The position numbers and the translations under genes are program-made. This document shows, one piece after another, positions 1 through 13,743 of a stretch of DNA of 64,000 bases. Under the pieces are notes generated by a model. It was given only the letters and a program-made list of their open reading frames with translations, was not told the DNA's origin and did no database searches. The DNA comes from Balanoglossus misakiensis (Eukaryota; Animalia; Hemichordata): assembly GCA_040954595.2 (NCBI GenBank), contig CM082583.2, forward strand, positions 1,374,925 through 1,438,924, given 5' to 3'. The stretch's first letter is position 1; each line of letters starts with the position of its first letter.

Positions 1-2875
1 CCTCTTGCAGCATCTTAAACCATCGGTGAAAAATTCCAAGAGAAATGTGTAACACTGGCAGAGCAACCTAAGTGTATATGAAGAAGATCATTAGAGGGAC
101 AATATCTGTAACTTTAGGCTACTTTTGTCAGTATCTTCTTGACATGAAATCACTTTTTAGCATAAACAACCATGCTCGAACTCACATATATGAGGTTTAC
201 TGAGCAAATTAATAATAAACGTTTCATATGGGGGTGGGGGACTCAAGGTACACACTTTTTAACAAAATAAAAATACTGACAAAAGTTGCTAAATGAAGCT
301 TTAAATACTAATATAATAATCTAAAGAATCTGGTTGAGAAAAAAGAAATATTAATATTGTTGATGAATGTCAATTTCACTAACCCTTTTAAGTGGGATAT
401 TGAACAATGGTTTACGTATACAGTTGTTAAATTCTTTCGCATCTTTCAGGTTTGATCCTTTCTCTGTAAACCGGGCATAGTCTTGATGAATCCGGGTGAG
501 CGTCCTCGCTGGAATGGGTGGTCTGCGCTCAGGGTCCAAAAGTGATGTTTCCTTGGTAATCAGGCACCACAGACAGAAGTACTTTCCTGTCAAACACAAT
601 TTATTTGTTGTTTTTCAAAAGATGAAATTTTGAAAGTTAGAGTATCCAACTGCAAAATGCATTATTTGACAAGACGTAAATTGAGCACCTGCCACTTGCT
701 CCAGACAACCCGTAGCTCTTACAAAGGTACTCATAGTCACTAGTAATGTGTACGCGGAGTAACCATTCCCTAAACAGTGCACATAAAAAGAATTAAATAC
801 AAAGATAATATTCATTCATGACAAAATACAGTCATTACCCTTAGCAAGTGAAACAAGATGTAAATAAAAACAGAAAGGTACTTACTTCCATTTGTGTTCA
901 TCGAGCAGATCTATTTGGCCTGAATTCACAGTCATTGCTCTGCGGAGGTTTCTGTAGCTGTCACCAGCTAGGAACAAATTCCAAACAACCGTGTTTTCAA
1001 CACTGTTAGGTTGTTCAACGTTGAGGATCTGGAAGGTTGATTTCATTGAGCCACCTCCGTGATCACCACCAACTTTAATCCAGATCTCATTTGCAGGGAT
1101 ACCCTTGTGTGAAACAAGCTTTGATGTACTAGTCAAATAAAAAGAAATCAACAAATTTATGAGACACATTTTCTGAAAGCAACTTTATATTGTAGGTAAA
1201 ATGCTTTCAATGAGTCGTTCAAAAATGGGCACCTGTGAAATATTTTAAGGTCTATTGATTTTCATGAAACATGTGTTTTGCTGACTAAACTATTGTACAT
1301 TATGCATTATGAGTATGGACTTCATGCAATAACATGTACCTTCACAGTATCAATTTCGCCTACCTTCGTAATTTCCTCAATGTTGACCAAGTGATATCAA
1401 GGTCGGTTTTCAAAAGTAACCCAGCACCAGGTGGTGCGTTAGCTGCTATGCCGAGTGATTCCAGAATCGATTCCTTATTTTCTTTGCCCATCCTTTTGAA
1501 GTCAGCACCAGCTTGTATAGTGGAGGAATCGCCTCCACCACTGACTGTCTCTCTTACTTCTTTCAAACTCTTCGACCTCTCTATTAATGTATATTTACTA
1601 CAGTCCTGGCTTGTTATACGCGGTTTGGTTATTTTTGCCATGATTAAAGGCTGCAAAGTAAATGATAGAATTTCCTTCTTTACAGTGTTTTTAAACATGA
1701 TATAGTTTTGCTATCCTTTATGTATCAATGATTGGGTTTGACTAGCAATATAATTTTGACATACACACAGTGACATGATTTCAAAGGTAAATCTTGAAAC
1801 TGCTTTTTAAACGGATCTCATACTCACTTGTCCCCCTGTCTTAAATCTAACGGTGTTGTCCTCTGCCATGCTCATATTTTCTTTCAGAATTCTGGTAGCC
1901 AGGACCTCAAACTCTCTGTATTCTCTGAACTGATGCATTCTATCCAGAATTGTAGCAGTAGCTGTGGTAGTTGACTGTAGTGGCGAAGTTTGCTCTGTTG
2001 CTTCATGATCTTAGACTATTTTACAATAGTCGTGGTCGCGATATAATGGCAATGAAAATTTGCATTGCTGCATATGTACAGATAACTCTTCCAGGGGCAT
2101 ATGAGAGGTGCACCCATACATGACATTGTCACAAGATACAACAAGGGATGACAAGACATTTGTAACTACAATTGGAACACTAACAATTGATGACACAGAT
2201 ATAGGAACACGACAAACTGGACATGTATGAGACGGAGACTGTACACGCCACTCACATAGACATTCACAACAGAAAGTATGGGGCCCCTCACATAAAACCT
2301 GTAAACAGCTATCTGTGACACTTTTACAAATCGGACATTCAAAGTCTTTTGATACAGGGCTCTTGAACCTCTCATGGCTCAGTTCCAGTTCATGGCGAAA
2401 CCGTTTGCTTGCTCTTAAGCGTGCACTGTTACACAACGCCTATGTGTCTTGTCGCTTCCTTTCGTCTTCTAATTCAACGGTCTTGCTGGTTTCTCCATCC
2501 TGTAAGCCCTTTGGCACGTTTACATATTTTGACCGTCCTTTCAATTGCCTTTTCCTGCCACCCTTACACAACACAGAACACACAGTACACCCTCCTATCC
2601 ATAATCCTGGTGTGTTTTGTCCAGTCAAATACTTTTATCTTGGTGGCATATGATCTACCAACAATCTTTGCCTTCTTGTGTTGTTCAGACACTCGCTTAC
2701 AATCCTTACATATGAAATTAGGGTGAATGGTTTCACAATCATCATCGAGGTTGACACCAAAGCCCTCGACAATTTCTGGTGTTTTCTCATACCTGGTGTT
2801 GTTCGATAGCTTCTCTGCACAAATTCGGCATCGTTTTGAAACTAAATTTCGATGAAACTCTATATTTCTGTACAT
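1..2875 (-). pseudogene. Decayed Chapaev/N-RAG-TP-like transposase with RAG1-like N-terminal zinc (Chapa) domain and RING finger
   Basis: Exons about 2875-1828, 1650-1364, ~1130-885, ~770-690, ~588-385, 67-1. Motifs: H..CRICAEKL..D..HPNFICKDC..WTKH..CTVC; RING CPICK..HTFCCEC..CPVC; FKTGGQ|P; IWIKVGGDHGGGSMK (first Asp); SDYEYLCKSYGLSGASG|KYFCLWC (second Asp plus CxxC); PVLHISLGIF. Frameshift near 2610-2630 and in-frame stops at 2440-2442 and 2011-2013. Confidence 0.85.
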
Positions 2876-3536
2876 GGTGACGCGAGCCGACCGCACAGAC
2901 GTCAAACTTCAAAAGTGGCGCACTTTTTTCTGTTTACACCGGTAGACGCCGTGTCCATAGCGACAGGGACATAATAGAACACAACACATGTATACGTCAC
3001 ACGCATACCACACATAGAGTAGGGCTTCTCACTTCCGCGTACTTCGAGAAAATACGCCAGAATAATACAAAATCCGACGACACAAAACTCACATAAAACG
3101 ATTAATAAATAGACAACAATCATGAAAAAACTTGTCTGTTGCAGTTGCAATGCGATTATTATTTCAAAATCTGCATCGAAAAATACATTACAGTTCGAAT
3201 CTCACCAAAATATGATCGCCGCCATATTAGAACTGCGCGGCCACGCATTGCGACCATTAATCGCTCGCTACTCACAAATGGTCGCACAGTTTTTCATGCC
3301 ACTGCCTCCTGGGAAGGATAGATGGTTAGTGAATCCTGTGGATACGTTCATTTTTCCCGCAAGTTCAAGCGATTCTTCACCAATCCAAGGAAATTGTACC
3401 GATTCTGAGGCATGCCGAACGAAGTCTCGTAAATTACCACAAATTCTCGCTCTATTGTAATTCTCGTTCTGTTTGTTGTTTGTTATTTCTTTCCTCAAAC
3501 CAAATCCCATTAGTCTAACACGGGGAATCGCATGTG
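1..3536 (-). mobile_element. Chapaev-type (CMC superfamily) DNA transposon, 5' part, inserted in the satellite; continues beyond window start
   Basis: Transposase motifs (next feature). Unique sequence ends at ...GAATCGCATGTG(TG), i.e. CAC... on the minus strand, and switches directly to satellite sequence TGTAGGGGGG at 3537. The other terminus and the TSD are outside the window, so the end could be 3536 or 3538. Confidence 0.72.
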
Positions 3537-4515
3537 TGTAGGGGGGGGGGGGAAACAGAGTGGTTCAATACTACATTTATTATATATCAGCTAATTTTCG
3601 ACAATCATCTAAAATGTAAATCATTTTTTCATATTTGGATATCTGATGATGTATGAAATTTCCATTATATGTAAAAATGGTGCTGATTATAAAAAATGCA
3701 CTCTGATTTAATACAAAATTGCGTTTTATTCGTTTTTGCACCAAAAAGGTCATTTTTAGGCAAAACATTCTTTATTTTTTTAATTCGGTGACCTGATCAT
3801 ATATAAACAATTGCTTGTATGTTAAAAGTTTTTATGACTTTTAAAAGCAGTGACACTGGCGGCATTCAACACGAAAATAACAATTTTAGCCACAATTTGG
3901 TCAAAATGGTAAATTTTTGAAAATTACAAAAAAATACCTGTTTTCTACATTTTCGGAAATCTGATGGAGTATAGAATGCTCTTCGTATATATATATCGAT
4001 ACAAATTCCACAAAAATCGGCCAATTTGGCTCACTGCAGACAAAATTGCGTTTTACCAAATTTTCCTTGAAAATGTCATTTTTAGAAGAAAAAAAAAAAA
4101 AAACCTTTGTTCTTCGAATTTGGTGCCCTGATCATATATGACAGGTTGATTATATGTTAAAACTTTCGACCACTCCAAAAATGCAGAGATATTGACGGAA
4201 TTCAAGAAAAAATAGCCATTTTGGCCATATTTTGACAAAAATGGTAAATTTATAAAAAATCATAAAAAATTAACTCTTTTCTTCATTTTCGGAAATATTA
4301 TGGAGCATGAAGTGTCGTTCTCTTGTAAAAAGTGCTGCAAATTCCAGAAAAGGCGGTATAATTTGAATCACCCAAGACAAAATTACCATTTTCGACTTTT
4401 TTTCGAAATATTGTCTTTTTTTCAAAATAAATTAGAATAAATTCTTTTCTTAGTTTCAAACGGGTAGAGATACTTTCCACACGGGTTTTCTAACATTGAA
4501 TTCCCATTCATCAAC

Positions 4516-5390
4516 TCAGATTTCCTACAGCATAAGTCGGCTAAAACCCTGACACTCTAGAGCAGAAACAGTTGCACACTGGTAACGTTGAACAAGTCGA
4601 TTTTTCTACGGCCTGGCTCGGCTAAATCTCCGTCACAATATGACAGACACTAGCGTACGTTAGCAACGGTGATCAAGTCAGATTTTCTACGGCATGGCTT
4701 GGATAAAGCCCCGGCACTCTAGAGCAGAAACACGCGTACAGAGACCACGTTGATCAAGTCTGATCTCCTACGGCTTGGCTCGACTAAAACCCCGGCACAC
4801 TATGACAGACACTAGCGTTCGTTAGCAACGTTGATCAAGACAGATTTCCTACGGCATGGCTTGGCTAAAGCCCTGGCACTCTAGAGCAGAAACACGCGTA
4901 CAGAGACCACGTTGATCTACTCACATTTCCTTCGGCCTGGCACGGCTGATGCCCCGGCACTATATATAGGACACAGACTGGCGTAAGTTAACAACGTTAA
5001 TCACGTCGGGTTTCCTACGGCCTGGCTCAGCTGAAGCCCCGGCACTCTAGAGCAGAAACAGGCGTACATTGACCACGTTGATCAAGTCAGATTTCCTACG
5101 GCGTGACTCGGCTGGTGCACCGGCTCTATATGACACAGACTGGCGTAAGTTATCAACGGTGATTACGTCGGATTTCCTACGGCCTGGTTTAGCTGAAGCC
5201 CTGGCACTTTAGAGCGGAAACACGCGTACATTGACCACGATGATCAAGTCAGATCTCCTACGGCCTGGCTCGACTAAAACCCCGGCACACCATGACTGAC
5301 ACTACCGTTCGTTAGCAACGGTGATCAAGTCGGATTTCCTTCGGCCTGGCTCTGCAAAAGACCCGACACTCTAGTACAAAGACGTTGGCT
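4516..5390 (+). repeat. 81-bp subrepeat array inside satellite monomer 1 (present in every complete monomer)
   Basis: Units TCAGATTTCCTACGGC...GTTGATCAAG start at 4516, 4597, 4678, 4759, 4840 and 4921 (period 81; one 85-bp variant). Confidence 0.9.
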
Positions 5391-8300
5391 AAGTCGGGCA
5401 AACCGAAGAGGGAAAGTCACAGCTGTTCAACACTTGACATTTGTTCGGGTAGGACTGCATTATTGCCTGTCAATTTATAGAGAAAGCCCGAATTTAACCA
5501 GGGCGTTTCAAACACCGACGTTAGTTGGGGGCACGGCCTGCAGTACTGCCGGGTAAGCTGACATCGGCGTACCGCATATAATGTAGGGGGGGGGGGGAAA
5601 CAGAACGGTTCAATACTACATTTATTAGATATCAGCTAATTTTGGACAATCATCTAAAATCTAAATCATTTTTTCATATTTGGATATCTGATGATGTATG
5701 AAATTTCCATTATATGTAAAAATGGTGCTGATTTTAAAAAATGCACTCTGATTTAATACAAAATTGCGTTTTATTCGTTTTTGCACCAAAAAGGTCATTT
5801 TTAGGCAAAACATTCTTTATTTTTTTAATTCGATTACCTGATCATATATAAAGAATTGCTTGTATGTTAAAAGTTTTTATGACTTTTAAAAGCAGTGACA
5901 CTGGCGGCATTCAACACGAAAATAACAATTTTAGCCACAATTTGGTCAAAATGGTAAATTTTTGAAAATTACAAAAAATACCTGTTTTCTACATTTTCGG
6001 AAATCTGATGGAGTATAGAATGCTCTTCGTAAGTATATATCGATACAAATTCACAAAAGACCGTCTAATTTAGCTCACTGCAGACAAATTGCGTTTTACC
6101 AAATTTTCCTTGAAAATGTCATTTTTAGAAGAAAAAAAAGAAAAAAACCTTTGTTCTTCGAATTTGGTGCCCTGATCATATATGACATGTTGATTGTATG
6201 TTAAAACTTTCGATCACTCCAAAAATGCAGAGATATTGACGGAATTCAAGAAAAAATAGCCATTTTGGCCATATTTTGACAAAAATGGTAAATTTTTAAA
6301 AAATCATAAAAAATTAACTCTTTTCTTCATTTTCGGAAATATTATGGAGCATGAAGTGTCGTTCTCTTGTAAAAAGTGCTGCAAATTCCAGAAAAGGCGG
6401 TATAATTTGAATCACCCAAGACAAATTTACCATTTTCGACTTTTTTCGAAAAATTGTCTTTTTTACAAAATAAATAAGAATAAATTCTTTTCTTAGTTTC
6501 AAACGGGTAGAGATACTTTCCACACGGGTTTTCTAACATTGAATTCCCGTTCATCAGCTCAGATTTCCTACAGCATTAGTCGGCTAAAACCCTGACACTC
6601 TAGAGCAGAAACAGTTGTACACTGGTAACGTTGAACAAGTCGATTTTTCTACGGCCTGGCTCGGCAAAATCTCCGTCACAATATGACAGACACTAGCGTA
6701 CGATAGCAACGGTGATCAAGTCAGATTTTCTACGGCATGGCTTGGATAAAGCCCCGGCACTCTAGAGCAGAAACACGCGTACAAAGACCACGTTGATCTA
6801 CTCACATTTCCTTCGGCCTGGCACGGCTGATGCCCCGGCACTATATATAGGACACAGGCTGGCGTAAGTTAACAACGGTAATCACGTCGGGTTTCCTACG
6901 GCCTGGCTCAGCTGAAGCCCCGGCACTCTAGAGCAGAAACACGCGTACAGAGACCACGTTGATCAAGTCTGATCTCCTACGGCTTGGCTCGACTAAAACC
7001 CCGGCACACTATGACAGACACTAGTGTTCGTTAGCAACGTTGATCAAGTCGGGTTTCCTACGGCCTGGCTCAGCTGAAGCCCCGGCACTCTAGAGCAGAA
7101 ACAGGCGTACATTGATCACGTTGATCAAATCAGATTTCCTACGGCGTGACTCGGCTGGTGCACCGGCTCTTTATGACACAGACTGGCGTAAGTTATCAAC
7201 GGTGATTACGTCAGATATCCTACGGCCTGGTTTAGCTGAAGCCCCGGCACTTTAGAGCGGAAACACGCGTACATTGACCACGATGATCAAGTCAGATCTC
7301 CTACGGCCTGGCTCGACTAAAACCCCGGCACACCATGACAGACACTAGCGTTCGTTAGCAACGGTGATCAAGTCGGATTTCCTTCGGCCTGGCTCTGCAA
7401 AAGATCCGACACTCTAGTGCAAAGACGTTGGCTAAGTCGGGCAAACCGAAGAGGGAAAGTCACAGCGGGTCAACACTCGACATTTGTTCGGGTAGGACTG
7501 CATTATTACCTGTCAATTTATAGAGAAAGCCCGAATTTAACCAGGGCGTTTCAAACACCGGCGTTAGTTGGGGGCACGGCCTGCAGTACTGCCGGGTAAG
7601 CTGACATCGCCGTACCGCATATTATGTAGGGGGGGGGGGGAAACAGAACGGTTCAATACTAAATTTATTAGAAATCAGCTAATTTTGGACAATCATCTAA
7701 AATCTAAATCATTTTTTCATATTTGGATATCTGATGATGTATGAAATTTCCATTATATGTAAAAATGGTGCTGATTATAAAAAATGCACTCTGAATGAGC
7801 TGATTTAATACAAAATTGCGTTTTATTCGTTTTTGCACCAAAAAGGTCATTTTTAGGCAAAACATTCTTTATTTTTTTTAATTCGATTACCTGATCATAT
7901 ATAAAGAATTGCTTGTATGTTAAAAGTTTTTATGACTTTTAAAAGCAGTGACACTGGCGGCATTCAACACGAAAATACCAATTTTAGCCACAATTTGGTC
8001 AAATAGGTAAATTTTTGAAAATTACAAAAAATACCTGTTTTGTATATTTTCGGCAATCTGATGGAGTATAGAATGCTCTTCGTATGTTTATATCGATACA
8101 AATTCCAAAAAAGACCGTCTAATTTGGCTCACTGCAGACAAAATTGCGTTTTACCAAATTTTCCTTGAAAATGTTATTTTTAGAAAAAAAAATAAAAAAA
8201 ACCTTTGTTCTTCGAATTTGGTGCCCTGATCATATATGACATGTTGATTGTATGTTAAAACTCTCGACCACTCCAAAAATGCAGAGATATTGACGGAATT

Positions 8301-9267
8301 CAAGAAAAAATAGCCATTTTGGCCATATTTTGACAAAAATGGTAAATTTTTAAAAAATCATAAAAAATAAACTCTTTTCTTCATTTTCGGAAATATTATG
8401 GAGCATGATATGTCGTTCTCTTGTAAAAAGTGCTGCAAATTCCAGAAAAGGCGGTATAATTTGAATCACCCAAGACAAAATTACCATTTTCGACTTTTTT
8501 TCGAAAAATTGTCTTTTTTACAAAATAAATAAGAATAAATTCTTTTCTTAGTTTCAAACGGGTAGAGATACTTTCCACACGGGTTTTCTAACATTGAATT
8601 CGCGTTCATCAACTCAGATTTCCTACAGCATAAGTCGGCTAAAATCCTGACACTCTAGAGCAGAAACAGTTGCACACTGGTAACGTTGAACAAGTCGATT
8701 TTTCTACGGCCTGGCTCGGCTAAATCTCCGTCACAATATGACAGACACTAGCGTACGTTAGCAACGTTGATCAAGTCAGATTTCCTACGGCCTGGTTTAG
8801 CTGAAGCCCCGGCACTTTAGAGCGGAAACACGCGTACAGAGACCACGTTGATCAAGTCTGATCTCCTACGGCTTGGCTCGACTAAAATCCCGGCACACTA
8901 TGACAGACACTAGCGTTCGTTAGCAACGTTGATCAAGTCAGATTTCCTACGGCCTGGTTTAGCTGAAGCCCCGGCACTTTAGAGCGGAAACACGCGTACA
9001 TTGACCACGATGATCAAGTCAGATCTCCTACGGCCTGGCTCGACTAAAACCCCGGCACACCATGACAGACACTAGCGTTCGTTAGCAACGGTGATCAAGT
9101 CGGATTTCCTTCGGCCTGGCTCTGCAAAAGACCCGACACTCTAGTACAAAGACGTCGGCTAAGTCGGGCAAACCGAAGAGGGAAAGTCACAGCGGGTCAA
9201 CACTCGACATTTGTTCGGGTAGGACTGCATTATTGCCTGTCAATTTATAGAGAAAGCCCGAATTTAA

Positions 9268-10063
9268 GATGGGTCCCTGGGATCTTTTTGCTCGTTGCTA
9301 TGGGCCTTTGCAGGACATTACACCCCGATTTGGACTAAGCCGTTTTCAGAGTCTAACAAGGGGCTGGTAACTAGTTGAAAATCTGCACGATTGTGAGCGC
9401 GCGCCCCCTGACGCCATTGATATGCAAATTAGCTAGGTCAAATTTCAAAAGCCTAAGGCTTTTTATTCCGTGACCTCAAAAACGAACTTGAGACGTATTC
9501 ATTAGTTGCTTGAACCAGGGAAGATCGTGACGGATTTTGTTTTCGAATATTATCGTTGTATCCTACGATTTCAGCATACCCGTACCACACCTGAAAAAGT
9601 CATCGATTTTGGGTGTTTTTGGACGCACTCTTCCACCGGTATCGCTTCTTAGCACGACGAAAACCGAAAAAAACGATCCGTCACACTGTGCGGAAGTGCG
9701 TTCTCAACAAGCAGGTCAAATTTGACTGGCGTACGTGGCCTATGAAAAAAGCCTTAGGGATTTTCGTGAACGGTACAAAATCTCTGTGTACAAAACATTG
9801 GATTTTAAGCGTTCGATCCAGTTACTGTGGTTACAGGACGCGCACGCTATCGCTGACCGCTGCTTTGCCGTATTAGCGTGGCGGCCTATGGCCGGGCGGT
9901 AGCTGCCGTAAACATACTCGGACAGGGGGTGTGCACACAATCGTGTGTATTTTTAACTAGAAACAAGCCCCTTGTCGGACGTTCATAACGGTTTCGATCA
10001 AAATTGAGTGTAGTGTCCTATAAAGGCCCATAGCAACGGGTAAAAAGATCCCAGGGACACATC
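9268..10063. mobile_element. 796-bp non-autonomous TIR element (MITE), Kolobok-type, copy 1
   Basis: TTAA TSD at 9264-9267 and 10064-10067; the empty site GAATTTAACCAGG is seen in other monomers. ~42-bp imperfect TIR GATGGGTCCCTGGGATCTTTTTG.../...AAAAAGATCCCAGGGACACATC. Purine-purine termini plus TTAA fit Kolobok rather than piggyBac. Confidence 0.88.
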
Positions 10064-11740
10064 TTAACCAGGGCGTTTCAAACACCGACGTTAGTTGGGG
10101 GCACGGCCTGCAGTACTGCCGGGTAAGCTGACATCGGCGTACCGCATATAATGTATGGGGGGGGGGGGGAGAAACAGAACGGTTCAATACTACATTTATT
10201 AGATATCAGCTAATTTTGGACAATCATCTAAATCATTTTTTCATATTTGGATATCTGATGATGTATGAAATTTCCATTATATGTAAAAATGGTGCTGATT
10301 ATAAAAAATGCACTCTGATTTAATACAAAATTTCGTTTTATTCGTTTTTGCACCAAAAAGGTCATTTTTAGGCAAAACATTCTTTATTTTATTAATTCGG
10401 TGACCTGATCATATATAAACAATTGCTTGTATGTTAAAAGTGTTTATGACTTTTAAAAGCAGTGACACTGGCGGCATTTAACACGAAAATAACAATTTTA
10501 GCCACAATTTGGTCAAAATGGTAAATTTTTGAAAATTACAAAAAATACCTTTTTCTACATTTTCGGAAATCTGATGGAGTATAGAATGCTCTTCGTATGT
10601 AAATATCGATACAAATTCCACAAAAGACAGTCTAATTTGGCTCACTGCAGACAAAATTGCATGTTATCAAATTTTGCTTGAAAACGTCATTTTTAGAAAA
10701 AAAAATAAAAAAACCTTTGTTCTTCGAATTTGGTGCCCTGATCATATATGACATGTTGATTGTATGTTAAAACTTTCGACCACTCCAAAAATGTAGAGAT
10801 AGTGACGAAATTCAAGAAAAAATAGCCATTTTGGCCATATTTTGTCAAAAATGGTAAATTTTTAAAAAATCATAAAAAATTAATTCTTTTCTTCATTTTC
10901 GGAAATATTATGGAGCATGAAGTGTCGTTCTCTTGTAAAAAGTGCTGCAAATTCCAGAAAAGGCGGTATAATTTGAATCACCCAAGACAAAATTACCATT
11001 TTCGACTTTTTTCGAAAAATTGTCTTTTTTACAAAATAAATAAGAATAAATTCTTTTCTTAGTTTCAAACGGGTAGAGATACTTTCCACACGGGTTTTCT
11101 AACATTGAATTCCCGTTCATCAGCTCAGATTTCCTACAGCATTAGTCGGCTAAAACCCTGACACTCTAGAGCAGAAACAGTTGCACACTGGTAACGTTGA
11201 ACAAGTCGATTTTTCTACGGCCTGGCTCGTCTAAATCTCCGTCACAATATGACAGACACTAGCGTACGTTAGCAACGATGATCAAGTCAGATTTTCTACG
11301 GCAGGGCTTGGATAAAGCCCCGGCACTCTAGAGCAGAAAAACGCGTACAGAGACCACGTTGATCAAGTCTGATCTCCTACGGCTTGGCTCGACTAAAACC
11401 CCGGCACACTATGACAGACACTAGCGTTCGTTAGCAACGTTGATCAAGTCAGTTTTCCTACGGCATGGCTTGGCTAAAGCCCTGGCACTCTAGAGCAGAA
11501 ACACGCGTACAGAGACCACGTTGATCTACTAACATTTCCTTTGGCCTGGCACGGCTGATGCCCTGGCACTATATATCGGACACAGACTGGCGTAAGTTAA
11601 CAACGGTAATCACATCGGGTTTCCTACGGCCTGGCTCAGCTGAAGCCCCGGCACTCTAGAGCAGAAACAGGCGTACATTGACCACGTTGATCAAGTCAGA
11701 TTTCCTACGGCGTGACTCGGCTGGTGCACCGGCTCTATAT

Positions 11741-11767
11741 CACTCGCCCCGATCGCCAAATATGGAA
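11741..11767 (+). repeat. Left TIR of the 8.1-kb transposon
   Basis: Exact reverse complement of 19846-19872; both ends also carry a subterminal TGAATATTCAT. Confidence 0.95.
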
Positions 11768-11862
11768 TAATGAGATCGTGAATATTCATATTAAGTTTCG
11801 CAGTATTAGCCAATCAGTACGTCGAATTTTGGGGTCAGGGGTTACGAAGTGGCGGTACTTCT

Positions 11863-13466
11863 ACAGTCGCATCGATGACCCATATTAGGAGTTGCTTATT
11901 AGCATAAAAATTAACATATCATTAATATGTAGAACGCGATCTGACCAATGACGCGCCCGGAAAGCCGCGCCTCTCACCCATTTCCCCGCCCTTTGTTAAG
12001 AAAATCACGACTTTTTCTTTTCAAATGTAAATTTTGGGGTCAAATACGCTGTTTGGGGATATCCCGTCAATTGAAAATAAGAAAGTACGAGTCAAACTTG
12101 CTACCAGGTCAATAAGAAAATTTTTCACCAGTGCTTTTGTGAAATATTTAATTTTGATTTTGGCGTCTACGCTATTTTTTGAGGATTTCGCCTGAAAGAT
12201 GGCGACCTGGTATAGACAGACCGATGCATGAAATGAAGTGACGGTGGTCACCTGACTGGTATCATTGCAACCAAAACACACGACCTTTCTTCAGGGCCAT
12301 ACATCATTCAAAAGACAAGTACCAGTAGACAGTTTTTACATTTATCTATTGATTTTAGTTATGCGACTGAATTGAATATTTTGCATCACACTGAAACTCG
12401 TCACGGAAAAAAACGGGACTCAACCGTACCCTTTGACCTATGACTTTTGATCTTCATACTGTCAGTCTGTCGATCGCTGGTAATAATTGTTTTCGTGATG
12501 GAATAAGAATTTGTCTACGTTTTCGACAATCAAACATGAGGGTTACTCTTTGAATAAAGGTAGGGAACATGACGTGACTTGGTGTATGAATTGACGACCT
12601 TGACGGATAAGGGCAAGTGGCAGTAAAACAGCGAACTGACCAACTGGAAACCGTACAGGCTGGCTGCGCTGGTGTTCAAACAATATTTTCGTCCTCAGTC
12701 GACGACGTCCCTCCGCAATAAAGAGTGACTAACGTGTTTCGACATAGTGTTTATTAGTCTGTAAGTCGCAACTCATTACTTTGCATTACTACATGAAGGG
12801 GGATTATTATTTCCAGCCCAGCCGCTCAAAGTTTAAGTTGGCTCACAACAAAATTAAAACGGTAGAGCTTATTATGATCGTGGCGAAATGACAACCTTTG
12901 ATGTTACGTAGGACGAAATAAACAATCATTTGTCCTGGCTGTAGCTACAATCATGACTGTCAGCCTGTTTGTGTGGCGACGTACATGCGGTGAGGGTGGG
13001 CAGCACGCAGTTACATGCTGAACAGTAGAGGGGAGTAGTATCGGCAAAATCAAACTTTGCACAACTATAACGCAACCACATCGTCTAGAATAAAGACAAC
13101 GGGCGTTCCTTTGGCATCTCTTAGTACCTCCATGGTTTTAGGAAATATGCGGCCATCATCTGTCTAGCGAGGGGCGAGGACACGGGCGGGCGGCACCCAT
13201 TTCAAGTGCCTGTATACTTCCCACGCGTCCGCATCATATTTCAACGGCGTTGTTTACATGTAACTGTCTAACAGTATTCTAGTACATGTATGTCTTTTGG
13301 GGGTGCATGTCCTTAAAAGGTCGCTTTTTGCTTTGGTTGCTGTGCGCGGTGATATAGACAAGTCAGGTGATCACCGTCACTAGGAAACTTTGGCTCTCGA
13401 TGAACGCCTTCAATCTACATGCTCTGTCTAATAACGCCATCTTTCATGGGTCATCGATGCGACTGT
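11863..13466. mobile_element. Possible nested non-coding TIR element or duplicated cis-module inside the 8.1-kb transposon
   Basis: Perfect 21-bp inverted repeat ACAGTCGCATCGATGACCCAT (11863-11883 and 13446-13466) with TCT immediately outside both ends; no long ORF inside. Confidence 0.5.
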
Positions 13467-13743
13467 TCTATGCATGATATGTACGTAGAACGCGACCCAG
13501 CCAATCAAGTGACCTACGCTCTCATAAATTACATGGTCATACCAAAGTGGGCGGTCTTATGTCATCAAAGTTTTTCATTGACAACATTTCAACCCAGTTA
13601 CTCGAAAAATTACTCTGAAGTTCACCGATCCTTTCTTACGTAAGAACAATTTATTTTTGCGTCTTCCGGATAAAATCCTCCCTACGCTGCCCTGTAGTCC
13701 CGATCCCATGCCCAGCCGGCCCCTGCCGTGACATGATCGGCGC

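Noticed and set aside
1-2905. True RAG1/RAG1L (ProtoRAG) gene
   Set aside because: Only the N-terminal zinc/RING module is RAG1-like; the core motifs are Chapaev-type, and no RAG2-like gene or heptamer-nonamer end is visible.
3628-3665. Hammerhead ribozyme core (CTGATGA..GAAA) in each monomer
   Set aside because: Stem II (TGTAT) cannot pair and stem III has no complement.
4516-5390. CRISPR array or 27-aa repeat protein in the 81-bp subrepeats
   Set aside because: Units are homologous along their whole length with no unique spacers, the context is eukaryotic, and most units carry in-frame stops plus a 4-bp indel variant.
11741-11790. RSS-like 12/23 signal in the TIRs
   Set aside because: Only the CAC trinucleotide is shared; no CACAGTG heptamer or ACAAAAACC nonamer at 12/23 spacing.
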